Shown here one piece after another: positions 18,743 to 27,155 of a DNA stretch of 64,000 nt. A program made the translations under genes and the position numbers. Every line of letters starts with the position of its first letter. Positions within the stretch are counted from its first letter, which is position 1. The notes beneath the pieces were generated by a model. That model had not been told where the DNA came from, did no database searches, and saw only the letters and a program-made list of their open reading frames with translations. Origin of the DNA: Planctomycetaceae bacterium (GTDB lineage Bacteria > Planctomycetota > Planctomycetia > Pirellulales > UBA1268); the NCBI GenBank assembly GCA_947481985.1, contig CANKIK010000001.1, positions 53,769 to 117,768 of the forward strand, read 5' to 3'.

Positions 18743-18902
18743 TCGTTTTTTTTGGCTACCTGACCGTCGCTGCGGGGCTCCAGACGACCATCTGCAGGAG
18801 CGGAATCTGTTGGGACCAGGCAGGGGAGGGGGGGCAGGTTGTCGGGGGGATGCCGATTCCAGACTTGCCATCTGTGGCCGGGGCTGGGAGATTCCCCCCC
18901 CC

Positions 18903-20294
18903 ATGCGTCACGATCAACTCCCACTGAGCGATCCCGCCGGCAGGACCAGGCAATCGGCCGCGGTCCGGGGGTGGTGTTTGATCGCAGGGCTGCTCCTGGC
19001 CGGTACTGGCTGCGGGGTGGCGACCGCCGCTGAGCGGCATACCGCCGTTACTTTTGACACCGGAGGGATCTTCCTCCCAGCCGCCAGCAGCCGGCAACTT
19101 TGGCAGCAGACGCTTGCCACGGTTTCCGCCGACTGGCCGGTGGCCCGCGTGGTCGAACCCGATTTTGCGGCCGAGCCGCCGGGGGAGGGGGCGATCGAGT
19201 CGGCTTGGGTGGAACCTCCGTCGGAGCACCTTGTGCCGGGGGCCTTTCCCACCAGTCCGAGCCTCATTCAACCGCGCCGGCAACGGCTGATCGTTCGCGT
19301 TACTCCGGCCGTGAACGGGGCCTGGATCGATGCGGTCTTGGAAACCCAGTCGATCGCCGAGGCGCACTCTCCCGCCGGGCCTGGACGGGTCGAACTCAGC
19401 GGCGGTTGGCAGACCGATCAGCCGGTGTCTGGTCGGCGCGACATCACGCCGATGCTCGCCGCCCGCATGGCACCGTCGGCCGATCCGATCGCCTCGCTCC
19501 CACCGCTGTCGTCTTCCGGGGATGGGAGTTTCGGGGCAGCAGTCTCTCGAGAGCCGCCTTGGGCCCACAGTTCCTATCCACGATCGTCGCGGACAGGCTA
19601 CAAGGTGCTTGAGGACTACAGGAACTTCTATTCCTGCGACAGCCTCACGTGCTTGGCCGCGGCCTTCGGCGCCGGCGCTCTGATGGCCAACACCGGCTTC
19701 GACACGACGATGCAGACCGCTTGGCAACAGAGCATCACTCCCACTGATGTGGGGACTTTCTTTTCCGACTGCAAGCCGCTCGGCGAGGGACGCTACGCAT
19801 TACCGCTGTTCGGCATCGCCGCGGTGACCGGGCTCGTCCTGGAAGGGAATCCCACCGGCGACGTGATTGGCGAATGGGGATCGCGGTCGCTGCGGATGTT
19901 CGTTGTCGGTGCCCCACCGCTGTACGTCCTTCAACTGGCCACAGGGGCTTCGCGGCCGGTCGATGGCTACGGGAGCCAGTGGCACTTTTTCAACGACAAC
20001 AACGGCGTCAGCGGCCACGCCTTCATCGGGGCGATTCCCTTTCTGGCGGCTGCGGAAATGGTGGAAAATCCGTGGGCCAAGGGAGGCTTGTACGTCTGCT
20101 CCACGTTCACGGGATTGTCACGCATCAACGACAACGCCCACTACCCTTCGCAGGTGTTTCTCGGCTGGTATCTGGCGTTTGCGAGTTCCCTGGCGATCAA
20201 TCGGACCGAAATGCACTTCGCCGACATGGAAGTCCGGGTGGTCCCTCTGCCGATCGCCGATCTGGGGGGGATGGCCGTCGAAGCGCGCTGGTAA
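18903..20294 (+). CDS. Lipoprotein with a C-terminal PAP2-like (phosphatase-fold) membrane domain; N-terminal half unrecognised
   Basis: ATG 18903 within track ORF 18810..20294. Lipobox-like signal (WCLIAGLLLAGTGC). The C-terminus has the PAP2 motifs ...GASRP..., VSGH (20010..20018) and SRINDNAHYPSQ (20118..20153). The last is SRx5Hx3 with Q where the canonical Asp sits. Confidence 0.55.
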   Translation: MRHDQLPLSDPAGRTRQSAAVRGWCLIAGLLLAGTGCGVATAAERHTAVTFDTGGIFLPAASSRQLWQQTLATVSADWPVARVVEPDFAAEPPGEGAIESAWVEPPSEHLVPGAFPTSPSLIQPRRQRLIVRVTPAVNGAWIDAVLETQSIAEAHSPAGPGRVELSGGWQTDQPVSGRRDITPMLAARMAPSADPIASLPPLSSSGDGSFGAAVSREPPWAHSSYPRSSRTGYKVLEDYRNFYSCDSLTCLAAAFGAGALMANTGFDTTMQTAWQQSITPTDVGTFFSDCKPLGEGRYALPLFGIAAVTGLVLEGNPTGDVIGEWGSRSLRMFVVGAPPLYVLQLATGASRPVDGYGSQWHFFNDNNGVSGHAFIGAIPFLAAAEMVENPWAKGGLYVCSTFTGLSRINDNAHYPSQVFLGWYLAFASSLAINRTEMHFADMEVRVVPLPIADLGGMAVEARW

Positions 20295-20347
20295 GGCCCG
20301 CCTTCCGCCTGGCGGCTGGCTGAGCCGACATCGGCACCGCTGTCGAT

Positions 20348-21451
20348 TCAGCCTTGGCGAGCGAGCACATGCCGGACGAGGCTGCCGTCGACATCGGGCA
20401 CCAGTGCCACGCTCCCCAGCGCATCGGGGAGCACGAAGCGGAGGCTGCCATGGAGCGATTTCTTGTCACGGGCCATGACTGCCATCAGTTCGTCTGCCGT
20501 CGGCAGCGGCCCGGCTGGGAGGCGGATAGGCAGCCGCAGCGCCTCAAGCAGCCTCTCCTGCCGCACCGCCAGTTCGGCGGGGATCCGGCCGAGACGGACC
20601 GCCAAGTCAGCGGCATCCGCCATGCCGATTGCCACCGCCTCGCCATGGAGCAGCCTGCCGTACCCGCAGGCGGTCTCGTAGGCGTGGGCAAACGTGTGGC
20701 CGTAGTTGAGGATCGCCCGCAGGCCTGTTCGTTCGTGCTCGTCCCGCTCGACCACCGAGGCCTTCAGTTCCACCGAACGGCGTACGATGTGGGCGAGGTC
20801 CTCCGGACGGCGCAGATGGATGGCGTCGGCATGCTCCTCCAGCCAGCCGAACAGTTCGGCGTCGAGGATCATCCCGTACTTCACAACCTCCGCCAGACCA
20901 CTGGTGAACTCCCTCTCCGGCAGTGTGACGAGGGTCTCGATGTCGGCAAGCACGCCCCGCGGCTGCCAGAAGGCCCCCACGAGATTTTTGCCACCCTGGA
21001 GATTGATCCCCGTCTTCCCTCCGATGGCACTGTCGACCTGAGCCACGAGCGTCGTCGGCACCTGCCAGACTGCCAGACCACGGGCGAATGTGGCTGCCAC
21101 GAAGCCGGCCAAATCTCCGACCACACCCCCGCCGACGGCCACGAGATGTGTCTGGCGATCGATGGCCGCGGCCGCCAAGATCTCCCACAACCGCCCGGCC
21201 TCGGCTGCCGACTTTGACGATTCACCACTCGGGACGGGGATCGTGAAACTGTCCACGCCGGCGTGGCGCAGCGCCCCCTCAAGCGTGATGGCGTGGTTGG
21301 AGAGCACACCGCTATCGGCGATGACCACGGCCCGGCGGGCGCCGGCAGCCCGCAGTGCTGCCCCGGCCTGCTGAATCACACCGGGGCCGATGGCGATCTC
21401 GTAGGAGCGTTCGGCGAGGTCGACTCGGACGTTCGAAACTCCCACGGTCAA
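20348..21451 (-). CDS. aroB: 3-dehydroquinate synthase
   Basis: Motifs: GGGVVGDLAGFVAATF, VDSAIGGKTGINL, NYGHTFAHAYE, HGEAVAIGM. Start is either TTG 21451 (overlapping the upstream ORF stop as TTGA) or GTG 21445. The track start 21631 adds a junk Arg/Pro extension. Confidence 0.9.
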   Translation of the reverse strand: MTVGVSNVRVDLAERSYEIAIGPGVIQQAGAALRAAGARRAVVIADSGVLSNHAITLEGALRHAGVDSFTIPVPSGESSKSAAEAGRLWEILAAAAIDRQTHLVAVGGGVVGDLAGFVAATFARGLAVWQVPTTLVAQVDSAIGGKTGINLQGGKNLVGAFWQPRGVLADIETLVTLPEREFTSGLAEVVKYGMILDAELFGWLEEHADAIHLRRPEDLAHIVRRSVELKASVVERDEHERTGLRAILNYGHTFAHAYETACGYGRLLHGEAVAIGMADAADLAVRLGRIPAELAVRQERLLEALRLPIRLPAGPLPTADELMAVMARDKKSLHGSLRFVLPDALGSVALVPDVDGSLVRHVLARQG

Positions 21452-21675
21452 GCCACGCTCACGCGGTCGACGTCGTCCGGCGTGACGGTGATCACCCGGG
21501 CGAACCCGGAGTGCTGCCGGAGGTAGTCGAGGTCGGCGGCTTCGGCCGGGCTGGTGTGGAGGAGTGATTCGACGCGGGCCTTGTCCGCGGCTGACCAGTC
21601 CTCGTAGGTGTCGGGCCAGTTTGTGTGCCACTCCACGACGAGTGCTTCACGGTAGGGATCGAAGGCGTTCGGCAT
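21448..21675 (-). CDS. Small hypothetical protein (75 aa) immediately upstream of, and coupled to, aroB
   Basis: ATG 21675 within track ORF 21448..21801. Product: MPNAFDPYREALVVEWHTNWPDTYEDWSAADKARVESLLHTSPAEAADLDYLRQHSGFARVITVTPDDVDRVSVA. Composition is non-repetitive and acidic/aromatic, unlike high-GC artefact ORFs. No family recognised. Confidence 0.5.
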   Translation of the reverse strand: MPNAFDPYREALVVEWHTNWPDTYEDWSAADKARVESLLHTSPAEAADLDYLRQHSGFARVITVTPDDVDRVSVA

Positions 21676-21792
21676 CCGGCGGGCTCCTCCAGGAAAGGAC
21701 CGTCGAGGACGGTCGTAAAGCAGTATACATTGGTCTGCGGCGGGGAGACGTGCAGCGTTTCCGGCCGTTCTCGCCCCCCCGGCACACCCGCC

Positions 21793-22416
21793 ATGGACCA
21801 CCAGCCGCCGTCGTTTGTTGCTTCCCAGTCCACCCCCGGGCGCCCCGTGGGCGGCCGCCGGGCATCAGGTTCACGCCTTGTGATTGGGCTGCTGCTCCTC
21901 GGGGTGGTCGCCGGCGTGACTGGCATCTGGTATCAGCGTGGCCAGACCCGTCGCTGCCTGGCGTTCTACGGCGTCGATGTTGCCCGGAGTGTGGCCGCCG
22001 CGCCGCGTGTTGAGGTCTGGTCTGTGCCACGCGGATTCGCTGCTGCTGCGGCACTTGATCAGTCGCTGCTGCTCGATCCAGTCGGTGTTGTTCGGAGGGA
22101 TGTTTCCGCAGCGCCGGGACTGGTCCACATGCGGCGTGGACTGGTGGAGGACGCCAACTTCGTCTGGCCGGTCCAGGAAACGGTCTCCGCCGTTTCAAGC
22201 GGTGGTGGTGCGACTGCGATCGTTTTCTCCGACCCGGCAGACAACCACCCGCCGGCGGTGCTCTTGATCGATCTGGGGATGGGGAGTGATGCCTTGAAAA
22301 CCGCCACCGGCCGGCATGGGGGCTTGGAGGTCATCGGGCGTCCGGGCTGGATCGGTCTGGGAAGGATCGCTGCGGGGCTGGAAAAATGGCTCGAGCGCAC
22401 CGCGGAGGACCGCTGA
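21793..22416 (+). CDS. Hypothetical single-pass membrane protein (207 aa)
   Basis: ATG 21793 within track ORF 21625..22416. It has an Arg-rich N-terminal tail (GRPVGGRRASGSR), one TM helix (LVIGLLLLGVVAGVTGIW), and a ~150-aa domain of no family I recognise. Same strand as parA, 112 nt upstream of it. Confidence 0.5.
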   Translation: MDHQPPSFVASQSTPGRPVGGRRASGSRLVIGLLLLGVVAGVTGIWYQRGQTRRCLAFYGVDVARSVAAAPRVEVWSVPRGFAAAAALDQSLLLDPVGVVRRDVSAAPGLVHMRRGLVEDANFVWPVQETVSAVSSGGGATAIVFSDPADNHPPAVLLIDLGMGSDALKTATGRHGGLEVIGRPGWIGLGRIAAGLEKWLERTAEDR

Positions 22417-22528
22417 AAGAGCCGCGGAAACCGGGCTTTTGGCCACCTGCTCGGAAGCCTATCCTCCACCCCCGGTACACAGCGTGTGTGATCGGCTTCC
22501 ATTCGGTCCGGGCAGCGAGGTCCTCGTC

Positions 22529-23368
22529 ATGCGTTCGATCGCGGTGGCCAATCAAAAGGGAGGCGTGGGAAAGACCACCACGTCAGTGAATCTCGCCGTG
22601 GCGTTGGCCCGCGCCGGACAGCGGGTCTGCCTTGTTGACCTTGATCCCCAAGCCCATGCCACGCTCCATGCTGGCGTCCAACCGGGCGGGCATCCTATTT
22701 CCGCCTACGACGTGCTCGTGGGAGGAGCCTCCCTGGCAGAAGCCCGGGTCGACGCCGGTCGCGGGCTGTCTGTTATCCCCTCGCACATCGACCTCTCGGC
22801 GGTGGAAATGGCCTTGGCCGGAAAGCCGGGCCGCGAGGCGATCCTCCGACAGCGGATCGAGGCCGACGCTGCCTGCCGCAGCCCGTCCGCCGAAGGTGGT
22901 TACGACACGATGATCATCGATTGTCCGCCGTCGCTGGGCCTGTTGTCGCTCAATGCCATGGCGGCCGTCGACGAGGTGCTGCTCCCTCTGCAGCCCCACT
23001 TTCTCGCCCTCCATGGGCTGAGCAAACTCCTCGAGACGATGGAACTGGTCTCGGAGAGGGTCAACCCCCGGCTCCGGCTGCTCGGTGTCGTGCTTTGCAT
23101 GTATGAGTCGGGCACCCGCCTAGCCACCGAGGTGGGGCGCGACGTGCAGGCGTTCTTCGAGGCGTCAGGGGGCCGCCACTCGGCCTGGGCCGGGGCTCGC
23201 GTTTTTCAGTCCCGGATCAGGCGGAACATCCGCCTGGCGGAAGCGCCGAGTTTTGGCCAGTCGATTTTCGACTATTGCCCGCAGTCGCACGGCGCCGAGG
23301 ACTACGCGGCACTCGCCTCCGAGGTCGCTCAGGCGGCCGAAGACCTTGAACTCCGCCGGGCGGCCTGA
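22529..23368 (+). CDS. parA: ParA/Soj-family deviant Walker-A ATPase (no adjacent parB)
   Basis: ATG 22529 within track ORF 22316..23368. MRSIAVANQKGGVGKTTTSVNLA (deviant Walker A KGGxGKT), VDLDPQ, IIDCPPSLGLLSLNA, IRRNIRLAEAPSFGQSI. 279 aa. Confidence 0.9.
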   Translation: MRSIAVANQKGGVGKTTTSVNLAVALARAGQRVCLVDLDPQAHATLHAGVQPGGHPISAYDVLVGGASLAEARVDAGRGLSVIPSHIDLSAVEMALAGKPGREAILRQRIEADAACRSPSAEGGYDTMIIDCPPSLGLLSLNAMAAVDEVLLPLQPHFLALHGLSKLLETMELVSERVNPRLRLLGVVLCMYESGTRLATEVGRDVQAFFEASGGRHSAWAGARVFQSRIRRNIRLAEAPSFGQSIFDYCPQSHGAEDYAALASEVAQAAEDLELRRAA

Positions 23369-23697
23369 CCGCGGACGGCAGGCCGCGGTCCATCGGCGGC
23401 ACGCAACGCTGTCCCGTTGGATCTGGCCTCGACCAGTGCCGTCGGGTGGTCGGAGTCCCGATGCAATTCCGGGATCCACCAGTAATTCGACGAGCACGGC
23501 TCGATACCGGTGAGAATCCCGGTGGCGTCGAAATCCTCGGCGGACAAAAACAGCGGGCCGCCATTGCCGAGAGGCTCGGGGCCGCAGGGCGTCAGCACCT
23601 GCGAACTCTCCTCCGAACTGCCCACTGCTATCGCACCCCTGGCCGAGAGCAAAGGCTGGTGGGGCCGTGGCGGTGAAAGTGGGTTAGGGGCGAGCAT
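23329..23697 (-). CDS. Hypothetical protein (weak call), convergent with and overlapping the parA 3' end by 40 nt
   Basis: Part of track ORF 23329..23886, from Met64. By my hand count about three quarters of third codon positions are G/C, and the sequence is non-repetitive (...GPLFLSAEDFDATGILTGIEPCSSNYWWIPELHRDSDHPTALVEARSNG...). No family recognised and no clear RBS. Confidence 0.3.
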   Translation of the reverse strand: MLAPNPLSPPRPHQPLLSARGAIAVGSSEESSQVLTPCGPEPLGNGGPLFLSAEDFDATGILTGIEPCSSNYWWIPELHRDSDHPTALVEARSNGTALRAADGPRPAVRGQAARRSSRSSAA

Positions 23698-23837
23698 GGC
23701 GGCAAGTCGTACGATTGAAAGGGGCGGCTTCGAGGACTGGGCAGTTGCCGCAGAGTGTCTTTCGGCACGCCGCCGCTGCGTAGACCAATTTCCCGGAGAA
23801 AGTGACCGAATACCGACATAATGGCTTGGGGGAAATG

Positions 23838-23876
23838 GGAAAACAAGGAAACTTGTCCTGCCTGGGTTTGTTTTCC
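23838..23876. repeat. Perfect 9-bp inverted repeat GGAAAACAA-N21-TTGTTTTCC in the promoter-proximal spacer
   Basis: ggaaaacaa at 23838..23846 and its exact reverse complement ttgttttcc at 23868..23876, ~70 nt upstream of the ATG at 23949. No adjoining U-tract, so it is not an obvious terminator. Confidence 0.6.
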
Positions 23877-23948
23877 GGGTTTTCACGGGAAAAGTAAGCC
23901 TTTCGTCTCCTAAAGAGGGATAATCTTAGGAACGGGGGAACTCCACAC

Positions 23949-25697
23949 ATGGCAAGCCTGCCACCGGCAGCGATCACAGACTCGGTCACGACTGGGCTCC
24001 CGGCCGTCAGGCGGTTGGCCCGTTTTGGCGCTGCGCACGGGGGCCTATTCATCGCCGCCGTGCTGGGGGCCATGGCGGTCGTCCTCGTAGGTGGGGCTCC
24101 GGCGGCTGCGGCTCAGCCTTCCGGCTATCGCCGTCTCGCACCGGGCGTGCTCACCGTCATCCCGGCAGACCGCTCGGGAGACGACTCCCTTCTCAGGGCC
24201 GACATCCCTGAAATCACTCTGGGTCTGAGCGACCTCACCTGGTCACCGAAGCAGTCACCGCTGGGGGCGACGCTTGTGGAGCAGGGGCGCAACCGCGACT
24301 TTCCCCGCGACATCTGGTGCCTGGAGTTCGCCTTCAAGCCTCCGCGGCAGATCGACATCGACATTCCCTCTCGCGAGTTGCGGATGGAGCGGAAACGCGT
24401 CTGGTATCTCCTCTATTCTGTGAAAAATGTTGGCGGCCGGCGGATCGTGATGGACCAGGGGGATGCCACGAGACTGAAGACCGAACTGGTCCAAGAGCCG
24501 ATCCGCTTCCTGCCCCACCTCGTCTTGGAGAGCGTGGAAGGACTTTCAGCCGCGGAAGGAACGCTGGCCTACCGGGCCTATCTCGACCGGGTCCTCCCCA
24601 GCGCCATCGAGCCGATCCGGACGCGAGAGGGGATCCGCGTCCAGCTCTACGACAGCGCGAGCATGGCCGCCAAAGAGATCGCCCCCGGCGAGGAACGCTG
24701 GGGTGTGGCGATCTGGGAGGACGTCGATCCGCGGATCGATTATTTCTCGATCTTCGTGCGGGGGCTCACCAACGCCATCCGCTGGCGCCCCCGGCAGGCC
24801 GCGGAGTTTGCCGCTGATTCGCTCCCTGCCGCCGGCGAGGAGCATGCGCTCGAGAGCCTGCGCCTGGACTTCTGGCGCCCCGGCGACGACGCCACCAGCC
24901 CTGCTGAGGAGATGAGTGTCGGCAACGCCGGATTGTTCGAACGGCGTTCGATCGGTAACCGCGTCCTCGAGGCCCTCGGCCGTCCGAGGCTCTCGAAAGC
25001 GGCTCCTCACGCGGGCTTGGAGTTGCTCGGACTCACCTGGCAGGACATCCTGGTCCCGCCCGCTGCCGTCAAGGCCGCCGCCGCGATTGACCGGGATTCA
25101 CCGCCGAGTCTGGCCCCGTTGGCCAAGGTAGTTCGGAGTCTGGCGGCGATGGAACCACCGTCGCGGCGCCCCGTGGCGGTGGAAACGTTGCTCGGTGGCA
25201 TGGGACGAGAGTGGTTCGAGGATCTCGTCGGCAGCCTGAACCAGCCGCTCGATCCGCAGCGGGAAACGCTCCGTCGCGGCATGCTCAATCGCTTCGGAGT
25301 CACGGAGGCGGAACAAGCCTCGAAGCGGCTCGAGGCGCTGGCGAAGGTGCTCGTTGGGCTGGACGGAATCCCGAGCACACCAGCCCGTCGGTCGGCGGCG
25401 ATGGCGCTCTTTGGCCGCACGGCGACCCGGATCGACTCCCTTGCCATGGAATTGGAACTGGCGCGGACGCTTGTGGCTTTGGACGACGTTGACTTCGACC
25501 GGCGGCCGGTGCTTGCCGGTGGTGCTCTGAATGCCTTCGATACCGTGCGGACCATCGTGGACGGCCAGCCGGACGCTGCCAAACGGTCGCAACTCATCGA
25601 GGGTATCCTTGGTGCCGAGGGGCCCACTCTCTACGCTGCGGCCACCGCCATCACCGAGGGCGTTGACCACGCTTGGGTTTTCCGGTACGAACAGTAG
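23949..25697 (+). CDS. Hypothetical signal-anchored/secreted protein (582 aa), no recognisable family
   Basis: Complete ORF with an N-terminal hydrophobic segment ([25 protein letters not shown]). The first ~300 aa look beta-rich ([18 protein letters not shown]...[14 protein letters not shown]...[29 protein letters not shown]). The C-terminal ~250 aa are Ala/Leu/Arg-rich and look helical. Coding-like composition throughout. Confidence 0.7.
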   Translation: MASLPPAAITDSVTTGLPAVRRLARFGAAHGGLFIAAVLGAMAVVLVGGAPAAAAQPSGYRRLAPGVLTVIPADRSGDDSLLRADIPEITLGLSDLTWSPKQSPLGATLVEQGRNRDFPRDIWCLEFAFKPPRQIDIDIPSRELRMERKRVWYLLYSVKNVGGRRIVMDQGDATRLKTELVQEPIRFLPHLVLESVEGLSAAEGTLAYRAYLDRVLPSAIEPIRTREGIRVQLYDSASMAAKEIAPGEERWGVAIWEDVDPRIDYFSIFVRGLTNAIRWRPRQAAEFAADSLPAAGEEHALESLRLDFWRPGDDATSPAEEMSVGNAGLFERRSIGNRVLEALGRPRLSKAAPHAGLELLGLTWQDILVPPAAVKAAAAIDRDSPPSLAPLAKVVRSLAAMEPPSRRPVAVETLLGGMGREWFEDLVGSLNQPLDPQRETLRRGMLNRFGVTEAEQASKRLEALAKVLVGLDGIPSTPARRSAAMALFGRTATRIDSLAMELELARTLVALDDVDFDRRPVLAGGALNAFDTVRTIVDGQPDAAKRSQLIEGILGAEGPTLYAAATAITEGVDHAWVFRYEQ

Positions 25698-25822
25698 TTC
25701 GCAGTTCCGGGCCTCGCCGCCTTTCCACCCTTTCGGGGGATGGATTGTCTGCGGAGCAGTTGCAGAATTGGTCTGCGGCGCTCCACCCTTGTTTCAGTCC
25801 CTTTCGTCCGAGGTTTGGTGAG

Positions 25823-26065
25823 ATGGCACATAAGAAAGGTCAGGGGTCCAGCCGCAACGGTCGGGACTCCAACGCCCAGATGCGGGGCGTGAAGAAGTTC
25901 GGCGGGCAGCAGGTCGTGGCCGGAAACATTCTTGTCAGGCAGGTAGGAACGAAGTTTCACCCCGGCAGAAATGTCGGTATGGGCTCCGACTACACCCTCT
26001 ACGCTCTTATTGACGGCGTGGTGGCTTTCGACCGCGAGGGGCGGCGGGTCAACGTCCAGGCCTGA
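25823..26065 (+). CDS. rpmA: 50S ribosomal protein L27
   Basis: ATG 25823 within track ORF 25673..26065. [62 protein letters not shown] is the canonical L27 sequence. Confidence 0.95.
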   Translation: MAHKKGQGSSRNGRDSNAQMRGVKKFGGQQVVAGNILVRQVGTKFHPGRNVGMGSDYTLYALIDGVVAFDREGRRVNVQA

Positions 26066-26125
26066 CGTCTCGGCCTGATCGGATCCCCGATCAGGGAAAG
26101 TGAAGCCCCCGGGGTAGCAGGCACC

Positions 26126-27136
26126 GTGTTCGTTGACCGCGTCCATATTGAGGTTGCGGCCGGAGACGGAGGGCGCGGGAGCGCCAGTTTCCGGAGGGAG
26201 AAGTACATCCCGCGCGGTGGCCCCGACGGTGGTGACGGTGGCCATGGCGGCAGCGTGATCCTCCGCGCTCAGCCGGGGGTCGATTCGCTTTCCGCGCTGG
26301 CCCATCGCCAGCAATGGCGCGCCGAGTCGGGGCTGTCCGGTGGGCCCGCCAACTGTAAGGGGCGTTCGGCCGAGGATCTTGTGCTGCTTGTGCCCCCCGG
26401 AACGATCGTTCTCGATCGGAATTCTGGCTTGGTGCTTCGCGATCTGGCGGCGCCGGGAGACCACATCATCGCCGCCCAGGGAGGCGCCGGAGGTTTTGGA
26501 AACATCCATTTCAAGACGTCCACCAACAGGGCCCCCCGGGAGACGACACTCGGAGGCAAGGGGGAGGTCCGCCGCCTCTTGCTGGAACTGAAGGTGATCG
26601 CCGACGTGGGGTTGGTGGGGAAGCCGAACGCCGGCAAAAGCACGCTCCTGTCGCGTCTCTCCCGCGCCCGCCCCGAGATCGCCGACTACGCCTTCACCAC
26701 CAAAACCCCGATGCTGGGGATGGTGGCGGTGTCGCGGGACCGGAGTTTCGTCCTTGCCGACCTGCCGGGGCTGATTGAAGGGGCCCATTCCGGGCACGGG
26801 CTCGGTCATGAGTTTCTCCGTCATGTTGAGCGGGCTGGGATCATCGTCCATGTCGTCGAACCGCAGCCTATGGACGGCAGTGATCCGCTGGTCAATTACC
26901 GGGCGATCCGCGAGGAGTTGGTGCTCTACGATCCGCGTCTCGGCGAGCGACCGGAGATCGTTGCTTTGAGCAAGTGCGAGCTACCCGGTGCCGCAGAAGT
27001 CCGGGAGTCACTCGAGACGGCAATCGGCCGTGCCGTGATCGCCTTCAGTGCAGTCACGGGGGAGGGGATGAATCAGTTGTTGGCCGCGGTGGTGCGGGAG
27101 ATGGACCGGCCACGTGAGTCTCTCTCAGCCCCCTGA
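26126..27136 (+). CDS. obg: GTPase Obg/CgtA
   Basis: GTG start. FVDRVHIEVAAGDGGRGSASFRREKYIPRGGPDGGDGGHGG is the Obg fold. G-domain motifs: GKPNAGKST, DLPGLIEGA and (divergent G4) LSKCEL. Confidence 0.95.
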   Translation: MFVDRVHIEVAAGDGGRGSASFRREKYIPRGGPDGGDGGHGGSVILRAQPGVDSLSALAHRQQWRAESGLSGGPANCKGRSAEDLVLLVPPGTIVLDRNSGLVLRDLAAPGDHIIAAQGGAGGFGNIHFKTSTNRAPRETTLGGKGEVRRLLLELKVIADVGLVGKPNAGKSTLLSRLSRARPEIADYAFTTKTPMLGMVAVSRDRSFVLADLPGLIEGAHSGHGLGHEFLRHVERAGIIVHVVEPQPMDGSDPLVNYRAIREELVLYDPRLGERPEIVALSKCELPGAAEVRESLETAIGRAVIAFSAVTGEGMNQLLAAVVREMDRPRESLSAP

Positions 27137-27155
27137 CTCCGCCGAGGAGCGTGCC

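Noticed and set aside
18743-18902. T8 run (about 18751..18758) right after the adaptor-gene stop, plus several G-runs before the next gene. Considered as a terminator or G-quadruplex.
   Set aside because: No stable hairpin immediately precedes the T-run; the nearest CCACC/GGTGG stem is ~25 nt away. The G-runs are irregular, so the evidence is insufficient.
25631-26851. 406-aa minus-strand ORF spanning rpmA and obg.
   Set aside because: It is antisense to two universally conserved genes whose translations are textbook L27 and Obg. No motifs and a biased composition.
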